DNA of 46,248 nucleotides from Candidatus Nomurabacteria bacterium. Its GTDB lineage: Bacteria > Patescibacteriota > Minisyncoccia > Phycocordibacterales > CAIZLB01. The notes beneath the pieces were generated by a model. The model worked only from the letters and a program-made list of their open reading frames with translations. It was not told where the DNA came from and did no database searches. The translations under genes and the position numbers were made by a program. The stretch is from positions 1 to 46,248 of the forward strand of contig CALRFG010000007.1 in assembly GCA_943356525.1 (NCBI GenBank), in the 5' to 3' direction. This document shows, one piece after another, positions 1 through 9,188 of this stretch (position 1 is the stretch's first letter; every line of letters starts with the position of its first letter).

Positions 1-98
1 ATGTAAATATTGTTGAACCAGTACCTACTGTAGCACCTGAGGTTAAAAGAAGTGCAATATCAAATTGGATTAATAAGATAAAAAGTTGGTTTAGATAG
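1..98 (+). CDS. 3' end of an unidentified CDS truncated by the window edge
   Basis: Frame 3 is open from the window edge (...VNIVEPVPTVAPEVKRSAISNWINKIKSWFR*) and ends at TAG 96-98. No family recognised. Confidence 0.3.
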   Translation, partial: VNIVEPVPTVAPEVKRSAISNWINKIKSWFR

Positions 99-145
99 GT
101 TGATTATCTTGCAAAAATCGTAAAAAAAGCATATAGTATATACCT

Positions 146-721
146 ATGGCAATGCTAGAATACAACGAAATTGTTACAAGAAAAACTATTATTCATGATG
201 ATGAGCCGTATGAAGTGCTGGATTATCATGTATTTCGTAAACAGATGCGTAAACCTGTAAACGCAGTTAAGATAAGAAACTTACTTTCAGGACGAACTAT
301 TGAAGTGTCTTTCCAGGCAACTGATAAAGTTGAGGAAGCTGAGATAGAGATGAAAAAAGTAAAATACCTTTTTAACAATAAAGGGGAATGGTGGTTTTGT
401 GATGAGAAAAATGCGTCAAACAGATTTATGTTAAAGGATGAATTATTAGGTGATGCTAAAAAATATATTCTTCCAAATGCTATTCTTGATATTAAATATT
501 TTGGAGAAATACCCATAGGAATCAAGATGCCGATAAAAGTTGATCTAGAAGTTGTTGAGGCCCCTCCTGCAGTTCGAGGAGATACAGCAAAAGGTGGAAA
601 CAAACTGATAACACTTTCAACTGGTGCAACTATACTGACACCGATGTTTATTGAACCAGGAGATATAGTTACTATAAACACGGATACAGGTGAGTATGTT
701 GAGAGGGTTTCGAAGAAATAA
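146..721 (+). CDS. efp: Translation elongation factor P
   Basis: 191 aa with EF-P three-domain pattern. The C-terminal motifs (VVEAPPAVRGDTAKGGNKLITLSTGATILTPMFIEPGDIVTINTDTGEYVERV) align colinearly with bacterial EF-P. Confidence 0.93.
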   Translation: MAMLEYNEIVTRKTIIHDDEPYEVLDYHVFRKQMRKPVNAVKIRNLLSGRTIEVSFQATDKVEEAEIEMKKVKYLFNNKGEWWFCDEKNASNRFMLKDELLGDAKKYILPNAILDIKYFGEIPIGIKMPIKVDLEVVEAPPAVRGDTAKGGNKLITLSTGATILTPMFIEPGDIVTINTDTGEYVERVSKK

Positions 722-729
722 AAATAAAA

Positions 730-1647
730 CTAACCCTGCAGCCAAATATACAAACTCTCCAACGCCTTAACAGCGTCTCCTGTTGCTATATTGTTTTGAT
801 GATACAAGCCATCCGTACAGTCTCCAGCAGCCCACACACCCTCCACCGATGCCTTTTGCGTCCTTGGGTCGACTATAATGTTACCTACAAGATTCTTCTC
901 TAAAAAAGTTACATAATCAGTATTTGGCATTTGTCCTATTTCAACAAAAACACCCTCAACATCAAGTTTTATTGTATTGTTATATGTTAACCCATTTACA
1001 AACTGATCCCCATGAATCTCATTTACAATAGCATCATTAATGATCTGTATTTTTGCATTTTTAGACACTTTGTCAACAGTTATTTCATCTGCTTTGTATT
1101 TGTCAGTTCTGTTTAGGATCTTTACTGATTTACAATATGCAGCAAGTTGTAAAGCTGATTCAAAAGCCGCGTTTCCACCTCCTATAACTACAACATCTTT
1201 TCCTGAGAAAACAGGACCGTCACATGATGCACAATACGTCACACCTTTGTGTTCAAACTTGTCGGCGTTTACAGCATCAAGTTTTCGTCTTACACTTCCT
1301 GTGGTTATCAAAAGTGCTTTTGTAGTCAGGACTAAATCTTTACTTGTTTTTATAGAAAATGTTTTATCTTCATTTTGAGTTACTTGTGCAACACGACCTT
1401 TTATAACATTTAAAATATCTCCTTGATACTCTTTAACATGAGACTCTAAAGACTTTGCTAAATCAATCCCTGATATATGTGGAGTTCCTATCCAGTTCTG
1501 TATGTCGTCAGAGACTATACTTTGACCACCAAAATCTGTTGTGATTATAGCCGACTTAATTTTTTTACGAGCTGCATAAACAGCCGCAGCAGCACCCGCA
1601 GGTCCGCCACCTATGATTACTAAATTGTATGTATTTTCATGTGACAT
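730..1647 (-). CDS. trxB: Thioredoxin-disulfide reductase
   Basis: FAD-binding GGGPAG motif, redox-active CASC (YCASCDG), second dinucleotide fold GGGNAA and C-terminal GDC motif. Start moved to ATG 1647 (MSHENTYNLVIIGGG), which lies 9 nt after a TGgTATAAT box. Confidence 0.93.
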   Translation of the reverse strand: MSHENTYNLVIIGGGPAGAAAAVYAARKKIKSAIITTDFGGQSIVSDDIQNWIGTPHISGIDLAKSLESHVKEYQGDILNVIKGRVAQVTQNEDKTFSIKTSKDLVLTTKALLITTGSVRRKLDAVNADKFEHKGVTYCASCDGPVFSGKDVVVIGGGNAAFESALQLAAYCKSVKILNRTDKYKADEITVDKVSKNAKIQIINDAIVNEIHGDQFVNGLTYNNTIKLDVEGVFVEIGQMPNTDYVTFLEKNLVGNIIVDPRTQKASVEGVWAAGDCTDGLYHQNNIATGDAVKALESLYIWLQG

Positions 1648-1656
1648 GTATTTGGA

Positions 1657-1662
1657 ATTATA
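1657..1662 (-). promoter_or_regulatory. Extended -10 box (TGgTATAAT) for trxB
   Basis: The minus strand reads TGGTATAAT followed by 9 nt and then the trxB ATG. It sits immediately downstream of the ftsZ terminator. Confidence 0.45.
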
Positions 1663-1666
1663 CCAT

Positions 1667-1699
1667 AAAAAAAAGCACAATTTATTTTCTAAATTGCGT
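1667..1699 (-). terminator. Intrinsic terminator after ftsZ
   Basis: The minus strand reads ACGCAAUUU-AGAAAAU-AAAUUGUGC followed by U8. The stem is 9 bp with one mismatch. Confidence 0.65.
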
Positions 1700-1720
1700 T
1701 TTTATGTCTTAATTATTAAA

Positions 1721-2917
1721 TTATCTATTTTTTGCTCTTCTTAAAAATGCTGGAACCGCAGACCAATCATCTTCATCTTCTCCCGGAGCTGCAGGTTTCA
1801 TAACATTTGATATATCTTCAATTTCTACAGGTTCTTCTTTTTTATTTATAGTTATTGAGTTGAAGATTTTACCAGACTTATTACTTTCATCTTGTGATGA
1901 AACTGATTCTTGTACCATATTTTCTCTGTCCCTAAAAATATTTCTAACCGCTGTAAGTTTATCTGGAAAATTGGCAGCAACAACTGTTATACGCACTTCG
2001 TTCTTTTTTAGTTTTTCGTCTTTTACTGTTCCAAATATTATTTTGGCATCAGGGTCAACTGACTCAGTGATCACACGCGCTGCTTCGGATATTTCAAACA
2101 TGGTAAGATCGTCAGATCCGGCGATAGAAAACAATACTCCTTTAGCACCATGTATAGATACGTCTATAAGTGGGGAAGAGATAGCGGCTTTAGCTGCGTC
2201 AACTGCACGGTTTTCACCTGTGCCTGTTCCTATACCCATAAGTGCAGATCCTGCATTTTCTAGAACCGCTCTGATATCAGCAAAGTCTATGTTTCCTACA
2301 TTTCCAGGAGTTGTTATAAGCTCTGATATACCTTCTACAGCTTGCTTCAAAACCTCATCACTCATAGCAAATGCATCTTTCGCAGTTGTGTCTTTCGATA
2401 TGGCACCCATTAGCTTATCATTTGGTACAACTATAAGAGCGTCAACTGATTTTGATAGCTCGCCTAATGCTTCTTCTGCCAATCTCATACGTCTTTGACC
2501 TTCAAACATAAAAGGTTTTGTTACAACACCAATAGTTAATGCACCCATTTCTTTAGATATTTTAGCAACTATAGGTGAAGCACCAGATCCTGTACCACCC
2601 CCAAGACCTCCAGCAACAAAAACCATATCTGCATTTTTTAAAGCCTCTTGTATTTCAGCTCTAGTTTCTTCTGCTGCGTTTCTACCAACCTCAGGGTTCA
2701 TACCAGCACCTAAACCTTTTGTTAAGTTTTTACCTATATGTATTTTTTTATTTGCTAAAGAGTTATTTAAGTCTTGAGCGTCTGTATTTATAGCCAAATA
2801 GTCAACACCTTTAACTTTTGAGTTAATCATGTGATTTGTGGCGTTTTTTCCAGACCCACCAACCCCAACAACCTCTATTCTTGCAAATGTTTGTATATCT
2901 GTTTTTATTTGTGCCAT
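1721..2917 (-). CDS. ftsZ: Cell division GTPase FtsZ
   Basis: Tubulin signature GGGTGSG, N-terminal VVGVGGSGKNA, and a C-terminal acidic linker ending in the conserved peptide (DDWSAVPAFLRR). Confidence 0.98.
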   Translation of the reverse strand: MAQIKTDIQTFARIEVVGVGGSGKNATNHMINSKVKGVDYLAINTDAQDLNNSLANKKIHIGKNLTKGLGAGMNPEVGRNAAEETRAEIQEALKNADMVFVAGGLGGGTGSGASPIVAKISKEMGALTIGVVTKPFMFEGQRRMRLAEEALGELSKSVDALIVVPNDKLMGAISKDTTAKDAFAMSDEVLKQAVEGISELITTPGNVGNIDFADIRAVLENAGSALMGIGTGTGENRAVDAAKAAISSPLIDVSIHGAKGVLFSIAGSDDLTMFEISEAARVITESVDPDAKIIFGTVKDEKLKKNEVRITVVAANFPDKLTAVRNIFRDRENMVQESVSSQDESNKSGKIFNSITINKKEEPVEIEDISNVMKPAAPGEDEDDWSAVPAFLRRAKNR

Positions 2918-2925
2918 GATTTACG

Positions 2926-2931
2926 ATTATA
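2926..2931 (-). promoter_or_regulatory. Extended -10 box (TGaTATAAT) 8 nt upstream of the ftsZ ATG
   Basis: The minus strand reads GCGTGATATAATCGTAAATC-ATG. No Shine-Dalgarno sequence is present. Confidence 0.5.
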
Positions 2932-2997
2932 TCACGCAAGTCGGACTATGCCAATTTGAGGGTGAAACTATTTTGTGTTGTGGTATTTACTTACTTT

Positions 2998-4287
2998 TTA
3001 AGGTAAAAACTGTTTTACCCAGTTTATTGTATTTTTTAAGATAACAGGAAAATCTTTACGTCCTTTATTTATAAAATAATTAGCTTCATCTTGTTGAAGG
3101 TAATATAAGGCTGTTGCATATATACTCATGGTATCACCATTTTCTATACATATGTTTTGATTTTGTTTAAATTTCAACAAATCTTTATTGCAAACACTAT
3201 CATTTCTTATTTGAGTTGGTAGATGAAGTATTTCTTTTGAAATTATATTTATATCTTTCATCATTGCACCACCGCCATGTATTATTATTCCAGCAGGCAA
3301 TAGTCTATCACGACCTATTTTCTTTAAATGTTTTTGTATAAGCTCAAAAATGTCTATGATACGAGCATAGATTATTTCATGATATTTTTCTTGAAGAGAT
3401 AGAAAAAAAGCTTTGTCTCTTTGATCACGTCTTATGTTCATTCTTTGACTGCTGATAAAAACCTCAGTTAACTCTGACGCAAGACGTCTTAGCTCAAGAT
3501 CAGGACTAATCTTTATACTTTTTGCTTGTGCCAATGAGACCTTAAGTCCAAGTGCTAAATCACGACTTATATCCTCTGATCCTATAGGTATAACCTCTAA
3601 AAGTATAGGTATATTTTCTTCATATGTTATAACTGTTGTAGTATCACCACCTATATTTACTATACAAACACCAGCCAATCTATCCGCTTCATTAACTTGG
3701 TTTTTCGAATACGCATACTCCGACACTATAACATCTTCAACTTCAAGATTATTTTCTTCACATGCAAGTAATATATTTTCTAGATGCTGTTTATTTGTAA
3801 AGATACACAGTGCCTGAAGTTCAAAATTATTTCCTTTCAATCCAAGCGGTTTATTTGTATTTACACTTCTGCCATCTATTTTATATTTTTGCGGAATTAG
3901 ATGTATTATTTTTTTATTTTGGGAAATGTTTTCCGGTATTCTATTTTCTACTTTTTGATATATTTCTTCAACTATTTCTTCATTTACTATATTATTTTTA
4001 TTATTTATTTTAATTTCAGCTGATGAGGAAATAGATGACAATGCGCCGCCTGACAAGGCAATAACAACTTTCTTTATGTTGTTTAGATAGTTTTTGTTAG
4101 TATCCGCAACCAATGATCTTATACTACGAGTCAAAGCCTCAACATCTTTAACTATACCTCTCTTGATATAATCTATACTTACACTACTTGTAGCTATGAT
4201 TTTATTTGATTCTTTGTTTATAATAATCAAACGAAGCATAGTTGTAGACACTTCGATTATTATTACATCTGAATCATTTTTCTTCAT
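2998..4287 (-). CDS. ftsA: Cell division protein FtsA (actin-like ATPase)
   Basis: 429 aa lying immediately upstream of ftsZ. It shows an actin/HSP70-fold pattern (IGGDTTTV, HGGGAMM) typical of FtsA. Confidence 0.88.
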   Translation of the reverse strand: MKKNDSDVIIIEVSTTMLRLIIINKESNKIIATSSVSIDYIKRGIVKDVEALTRSIRSLVADTNKNYLNNIKKVVIALSGGALSSISSSAEIKINNKNNIVNEEIVEEIYQKVENRIPENISQNKKIIHLIPQKYKIDGRSVNTNKPLGLKGNNFELQALCIFTNKQHLENILLACEENNLEVEDVIVSEYAYSKNQVNEADRLAGVCIVNIGGDTTTVITYEENIPILLEVIPIGSEDISRDLALGLKVSLAQAKSIKISPDLELRRLASELTEVFISSQRMNIRRDQRDKAFFLSLQEKYHEIIYARIIDIFELIQKHLKKIGRDRLLPAGIIIHGGGAMMKDINIISKEILHLPTQIRNDSVCNKDLLKFKQNQNICIENGDTMSIYATALYYLQQDEANYFINKGRKDFPVILKNTINWVKQFLP

Positions 4288-4300
4288 TCCTTATAGTATA

Positions 4301-4720
4301 CTAGTAAGGATAGAAAATGTTAAGTTTTTTTGTGTATTTCTTTTCCAATTTGTCCATAGGTTCACCGTGATCCAGTCCTAAAAGATGTATCATACCGTGT
4401 ACAAAAAGATAATTCAGATAGCTTTCTTTTGTTGTATTAAATAATTTTGCTTTTTGTTCAACTTTTTTTAAACAAATGTAGATTTCACCAAAATTATCAT
4501 CCAAAAAAGGAAAGGAGAGAATATCTGTTACATAATCCTTTTTCCTATATTTTTGATTTACAGATTTTATCATTTTTTCGCCAACAAAATATATATTAAG
4601 GTCATAACTTTTGCCCAGAATTTCATTTTTAATATTATGCAAAAAAACACCATCAATTTTAGGTGCTTTTGTTGTTGTATAGGATACTGTCAGATTTTTT
4701 GTATCTAAGATATATCGCAT
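4301..4720 (-). CDS. ybeY: rRNA maturation endoribonuclease YbeY
   Basis: Zinc-binding H-x-x-x-H-x-x-G-x-D-H motif (HGMIHLLGLDH) and the typical size of ~140 aa. Confidence 0.9.
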   Translation of the reverse strand: MRYILDTKNLTVSYTTTKAPKIDGVFLHNIKNEILGKSYDLNIYFVGEKMIKSVNQKYRKKDYVTDILSFPFLDDNFGEIYICLKKVEQKAKLFNTTKESYLNYLFVHGMIHLLGLDHGEPMDKLEKKYTKKLNIFYPY

Positions 4721-4743
4721 GAAAGTATTTAATAAAAGAATGA

Positions 4744-4995
4744 TTATTTCTTTTTACCAGTTGTTGGTTGATTGAAATATTTACCCATCTTTATATCAGC
4801 AAGACGAGTTTCGTTGTTTTTTATTTTCTTTAGAGCTTCTTTTTTCATCTTGTAATAAGAAAGACTTCTCTCGGCATATCTTTTGCTTCTTGATTTGTTT
4901 AATCCACCCCACTCTTGCATTTTCTTTGTAAAGCGTCTCAATACTGAAGAAGGAGATTCACTTTGGTTTTTGTTGATTGATACATTTAATGACAT
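4744..4995 (-). CDS. rpsU: 30S ribosomal protein S21
   Basis: The C-terminal 83 aa of the listed ORF (MSLNVSINKNQSESPSSVLRRFTKKMQEWGGLNKSRSKRYAERS...) match the S21 pattern. The longer 149-aa ORF would overlap the leuS start, so the start is set at ATG 4995. Confidence 0.85.
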   Translation of the reverse strand: MSLNVSINKNQSESPSSVLRRFTKKMQEWGGLNKSRSKRYAERSLSYYKMKKEALKKIKNNETRLADIKMGKYFNQPTTGKKK

Positions 4996-5036
4996 ATTGG
5001 CATATAGTATCATGTTTATGATATATTTACAATAAT

Positions 5037-7463
5037 ATGGCTCAAGTAAAAACAATGATAGACCAAGACGGTCAATTCTATAATCATAAAAAGATAGATG
5101 GTAAATGGCAGAAAAATTGGATAAAGGATGAGATATATAAAGCTGTGACTGGATCAAAGAAAGAGAAAATGTATGTATTATCAATGTTTCCATACCCGTC
5201 AGGGGCAGGGCTACATGTGGGACATCCTCGTGGATATATAGCTGCTGATGTCTACGCTCGTTTAAAACGCATGCAAGGTTATAATGTTCTGCATCCGATG
5301 GGATATGATGCTTTCGGTTTACCTGCGGAACAATATGCTATACAAAATCACGTTCATCCTAGGGAGGCTGTTTTGAAAAATATAAAGACATATGAAAAAC
5401 AATTAGAGATTATAGGACTTTCTTATGACTGGTCTAGAAAGATAAACACAACAGATGAAGACTATTATAAATGGACACAGTGGATATTTCTTAAACTATA
5501 TAATCATTATTATGACCACAAAGCAGGTAAAGCTAAACCTATATCTGAACTAGAGGGACAATTTTCCCATCTCTCTCAAGCTGATAAAGATAGAGAACTG
5601 ATGAAATACAGATTGGCCTATGAAGGTTTTTCTGAAGTTAATTGGTGCGAAGATTTGGGAACAGTGTTAGCTAACGACGAAGTTATAGAAGGAAAAAGTG
5701 AAAGAGGAGGTTATCCAGTTGTTAAGAGGATGATGCGTCAATGGTTTCTACGTATAACTGACTATGCTGATAGACTTATATCAGGACTTGATACAGTGGA
5801 TTTTGATGAATCATTGAAAACAGTTCAAAAAAATTGGATTGGTAAAAGTTTTGGACATGAACTAAGTTTTAAACTTCAAGGAGAAATTGGAGAAGTAGAG
5901 ACTATTAAAATTTTCACAACAAGGATAGACACTTTGTCAGGTGTAACTTTTTTAGCCATATCTAAAGATCATGATTTGATAACTAAAAATGTTGATAAAT
6001 TTTCAAAAATAATAATTCAAACAAAATCATGGGGAACAGATGAAAAAGACTTAAAAATAAAAAGAGGAATTATTTTAGATGATATTTATGCCGTACATCC
6101 TGATAATAAAAGTAAGTTACCTATATATGTAACAAACTATGTTTTGTCTGATTATGGTTTTGGTGCTGTTATGGGTGTGCCTGATCAAGACGAAAGAGAT
6201 GCAGATTTTGCTTCGGTTTATAATGTCCCTACTAAAGAAACGAAACTTGAAAAACCAGAGTCTATAGAAAAAAGATTGGGGCTCAAAAAAGTTTTTAAAT
6301 ATAAGATTCGTGACGCAGTTTTTGCACGCCAAAGATATTGGGGTGAACCAATTCCTTTAAAACATGATAAAGACGGACATATAACACCCCTTTCAGAAAA
6401 AGAATTACCACTTAAACTCCCAAAAGTTTCTTCATACGAGCCTATAGGAAGTGGTGAGTCTCCATTGGCTGGTATAAAATCTTGGGTTAAGGCAGGGTAT
6501 GAGACAAACACTATGCCTGGTTGGGCTGGATCATCATGGTATTTTTTACGATATATGGATGCACATAATAAAACAGCCCCGGTTGGAAAAAAAGCCATAG
6601 ACTATTGGAAACAAGTTGATATGTATATTGGAGGCAGGGAGCACACTACAGGGCATTTATTGTATTCACGTTTTTGGCATAAGTTTTTATACGACATAGG
6701 TCTAACGGTAACAGAGGAACCTTTTAAAGCTTTGAGAAATCAAGGTATGATTTTAGGTGATGATAATCAAAAGATGAGTAAGCGATGGGGGAATGTTGTT
6801 AACCCGGATGATTGTATAAATACCTACGGTGCGGACGCTTTTCGAATGTATGAAATGTTTCTAGGTCCCTTCGATTCATCTTTACCTTGGTCAACTGATG
6901 GCATCATCGGTACTCGTCGTTTTATAGATAGAGTGTGGCGTCTTGCATCTGTTGTTAAAATACAAAATGAAAAAAATAAGAAAATACAAACATCTGAAAA
7001 GTTAGTTTCAGAAATAAATAAAACAATAAAAAAAGTTACGGAAGATATTGATGGTTTTGCTTTTAACACAGCGGTTTCTTCTTTGATGATATTGTTAAAT
7101 AATTTTGAAGATATGATTCAAAAAAAAGAAAATATTGATCAAAAAGATTTTATTGATTTTGTAAAATTGTTGACACCTTTTGCACCGCATATATCTGATG
7201 AGATTTGGACTATTTTCAAAAATAAGAAATCTATAAATGTTGCACCATGGCCAAAGTATGATGAAAGTAAAATAGTCGAAGGCACTGTGAAGATAGGTAT
7301 ACAGATAAATGGTAAGCTTCGAGGTGATATAGAAGTATCAGCAGACAAAACCGAAAATGAAATCATAGATGAGGCTAAAACTATAGTAAAAAACCATCTA
7401 GAAGGTAAGGTTATTAAAAAGATTATATACATTAAAGGTAAAATTGTGAGTTTTGTTGTTTAA
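5037..7463 (+). CDS. leuS: Leucyl-tRNA synthetase
   Basis: 808 aa class I aaRS with a HIGH-type motif (GLHVGHPRGY) and KMSKR (KMSKS motif). It is colinear with bacterial LeuS, including the editing-domain region. Confidence 0.98.
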   Translation: MAQVKTMIDQDGQFYNHKKIDGKWQKNWIKDEIYKAVTGSKKEKMYVLSMFPYPSGAGLHVGHPRGYIAADVYARLKRMQGYNVLHPMGYDAFGLPAEQYAIQNHVHPREAVLKNIKTYEKQLEIIGLSYDWSRKINTTDEDYYKWTQWIFLKLYNHYYDHKAGKAKPISELEGQFSHLSQADKDRELMKYRLAYEGFSEVNWCEDLGTVLANDEVIEGKSERGGYPVVKRMMRQWFLRITDYADRLISGLDTVDFDESLKTVQKNWIGKSFGHELSFKLQGEIGEVETIKIFTTRIDTLSGVTFLAISKDHDLITKNVDKFSKIIIQTKSWGTDEKDLKIKRGIILDDIYAVHPDNKSKLPIYVTNYVLSDYGFGAVMGVPDQDERDADFASVYNVPTKETKLEKPESIEKRLGLKKVFKYKIRDAVFARQRYWGEPIPLKHDKDGHITPLSEKELPLKLPKVSSYEPIGSGESPLAGIKSWVKAGYETNTMPGWAGSSWYFLRYMDAHNKTAPVGKKAIDYWKQVDMYIGGREHTTGHLLYSRFWHKFLYDIGLTVTEEPFKALRNQGMILGDDNQKMSKRWGNVVNPDDCINTYGADAFRMYEMFLGPFDSSLPWSTDGIIGTRRFIDRVWRLASVVKIQNEKNKKIQTSEKLVSEINKTIKKVTEDIDGFAFNTAVSSLMILLNNFEDMIQKKENIDQKDFIDFVKLLTPFAPHISDEIWTIFKNKKSINVAPWPKYDESKIVEGTVKIGIQINGKLRGDIEVSADKTENEIIDEAKTIVKNHLEGKVIKKIIYIKGKIVSFVV

Positions 7464-7496
7464 TAATCATTAAAAGCCTTAGAAGGGATTTGTTAA

Positions 7497-7540
7497 AATA
7501 AAAAAAATCCGGACTTCGCTGTTTATAGCTAATCCGGGTT
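7497..7540 (-). terminator. Intrinsic terminator between convergent leuS and the Cys-rich ORF
   Basis: Hairpin AATCCGGA...TCCGGGTT (8 bp including one G-U) with an A8 run on the plus strand, giving a U-run for the minus-strand transcript. It may also serve leuS weakly. Confidence 0.5.
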
Positions 7541-7562
7541 TGGGAATTTTAATTGTCTGCAT

Positions 7563-8075
7563 TCAATTGGTCAGGTTACAGTCTTGATCAGTTTTGTCTA
7601 TAAGACTTGTTTCTGCACTAATATCCATTTGAACACTTGCTTTGTTGCAATTTGGGCAAGTACTATTTGTTGTAGTTGTGATTGGTCCTGTTACGATATC
7701 AAATGGACCAATAAAAACTATCTCCATCAGGTGACTTTTTAAACAGCCGCATTTCATACAAACATAAAATACAGTCACATCCCTTGCTTTCTCTATACAT
7801 AGTTTACCAGCATCCTTAAACTCAGGAATTTCTAGTTCAAGATAATGCTCGGCAGATTTCTTGCTGAGGAAAGTGCTATAAGTCCTTTTGTTGGTATAAT
7901 TAGCTATTAAAATCTGGGTACAAGGGTCAGCAATAAGTTCGCAGAGTACTGATCTCATATGTGTCTTGTGCCAGGGAAATATGGGATGCCTACGAAAGGT
8001 CTTGTAAACAATCGCTGGTGGAATAAGTGATACATGAGGAAGAAATGCAAGGTTAATATTTTTTATTGTGTTCAT
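7563..8075 (-). CDS. Hypothetical Cys-rich protein with a putative zinc ribbon
   Basis: The ORF has its own terminator. It contains CMKCGC...CPNC cysteine pairs. The ATG at 8075 is preferred over the TTG at 8087. No family recognised. Confidence 0.55.
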   Translation of the reverse strand: MNTIKNINLAFLPHVSLIPPAIVYKTFRRHPIFPWHKTHMRSVLCELIADPCTQILIANYTNKRTYSTFLSKKSAEHYLELEIPEFKDAGKLCIEKARDVTVFYVCMKCGCLKSHLMEIVFIGPFDIVTGPITTTTNSTCPNCNKASVQMDISAETSLIDKTDQDCNLTN

Positions 8076-8148
8076 ACTCAAATACAATACAATTCTATAG
8101 CTATAAAGTCAAAGAATTAAAAACCTCGCTACAAAACTAAAAATCATA

Positions 8149-8154
8149 TATAAT
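8149..8154 (+). promoter_or_regulatory. -10 box (TATAAT) 7 nt upstream of the yqeY-like ATG
   Basis: The sequence reads CATATATAATCATCAAT-ATG with no Shine-Dalgarno sequence. Confidence 0.45.
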
Positions 8155-8161
8155 CATCAAT

Positions 8162-8617
8162 ATGGAAACTCTACAACAACAAATCAAAAATCAAATTAAA
8201 GAAGCCATGATGGCCAAGGATACAGTTAAACTATCAGTACTCCGAGGTGTGTCTTCATCAATAACAAATGACTTGGTAGACAAAGGTAGAACACCACAAG
8301 GTGAGCTTACAGATGAGGAAACTCTTGCTGTTATACGTCGTGCCGTTAAACAAAGACGCGACTCAATAGAACAATTTACTACAGGTGGAAGGGAAGACTT
8401 GGCTTCTGATGAAAAAGCTGAACTAGCATATCTTGAGGTATATCTACCCACAATGATGTCATACGATGATGTTAAAAAAATAGTTGAAGCTAAAAAAGCT
8501 GAACTTAGTATTACAGATGTAAAAGACAAAGGAAAACTGATGTCAGAAATAATGAAAGACTTAAAAGGAAAGGCAGAAGGTATGGATGTTAAAAATGCAG
8601 TTGACTCATTGTTTTAA
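8162..8617 (+). CDS. GatB/YqeY domain-containing protein
   Basis: 151 aa with the characteristic YqeY pattern (IKEAMMAKDTVKLSVLRGV..., AVIRRAVKQRRDSIEQF, AELAYLEVYLP). Confidence 0.85.
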   Translation: METLQQQIKNQIKEAMMAKDTVKLSVLRGVSSSITNDLVDKGRTPQGELTDEETLAVIRRAVKQRRDSIEQFTTGGREDLASDEKAELAYLEVYLPTMMSYDDVKKIVEAKKAELSITDVKDKGKLMSEIMKDLKGKAEGMDVKNAVDSLF

Positions 8618-8625
8618 AGTAACAA

Positions 8626-9111
8626 TCAGTATCGTACCTCAAAAGAATTATCAACTTCATATTCCTCAATAGATTTTATTTTAGTATACTCTACTGAATC
8701 AGTATCATCAGTAGAGTATTCAGTTTTATAAACTTCGTATAAATTTTTTCCTGTTTCAGAATTATATTTTTCTAAAATATAAAAAACATATCTATTTCCA
8801 ATCCAAGTACCAGTTACAGCATCCTTAGCTTCAAGAGGTACTCTAAATTTTTCTAATGGATACTCTGCTTTTATTAATTTCTTAAAATCATTTCCTGAAA
8901 ATGTAAAAATTTTATATTCTCTACCTCTTACAATCACATAAATATCAGAAGACCTTGATGAATTTATATCTTCTGATTTTCTTATAATAAACTCTGTATT
9001 ACCCTGCAATTTTCTAATATTAAAATCTTCATTAGATATTTCACCTGTTTTTATAAGGTAGAGAAAAAAAGCAAGACCAAGAAATATTGTTATTAATATA
9101 AAATTTTGCAT
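8626..9111 (-). CDS. Hypothetical membrane-anchored protein
   Basis: 161 aa with an N-terminal hydrophobic helix (MQNFILITIFLGLAFFLYLI). No family recognised. Confidence 0.55.
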   Translation of the reverse strand: MQNFILITIFLGLAFFLYLIKTGEISNEDFNIRKLQGNTEFIIRKSEDINSSRSSDIYVIVRGREYKIFTFSGNDFKKLIKAEYPLEKFRVPLEAKDAVTGTWIGNRYVFYILEKYNSETGKNLYEVYKTEYSTDDTDSVEYTKIKSIEEYEVDNSFEVRY

Positions 9112-9146
9112 ATCATTATTTTACCATAAAAAAAAATAAAAGACTG

Positions 9147-9181
9147 AAAATTTAAAAACCCAACTAGGGTTTAGTTAGGTT
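9147..9181 (-). terminator. Intrinsic terminator after rnpB
   Basis: The minus strand reads AACCUAACU-AAACCCU-AGUUGGGUU followed by UUUAAAUUUU. The G-U pair forms only on the minus strand (it is C-A on the plus strand), which supports the orientation. Confidence 0.6.
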
Positions 9182-9188
9182 TTTAATA

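Noticed and set aside
1860-2498. A 212-aa ORF antisense to ftsZ, plus similar long antisense ORFs at 226-681 (in efp), 1040-1378 (in trxB), 32251-32877 and 32267-32554 (in rnr), 30119-30508 (in smc) and 38833-39141.
   Set aside because: They lie wholly inside strongly supported genes on the opposite strand. They have low-complexity, Ser/Ile/Phe-rich compositions typical of shadow frames, and no promoters or family motifs.
4996-5193. N-terminal extension of the rpsU ORF to 149 aa, overlapping the leuS start.
   Set aside because: Only the last 83 aa resemble S21. The extension is hydrophobic nonsense and would overlap leuS by more than 150 nt.
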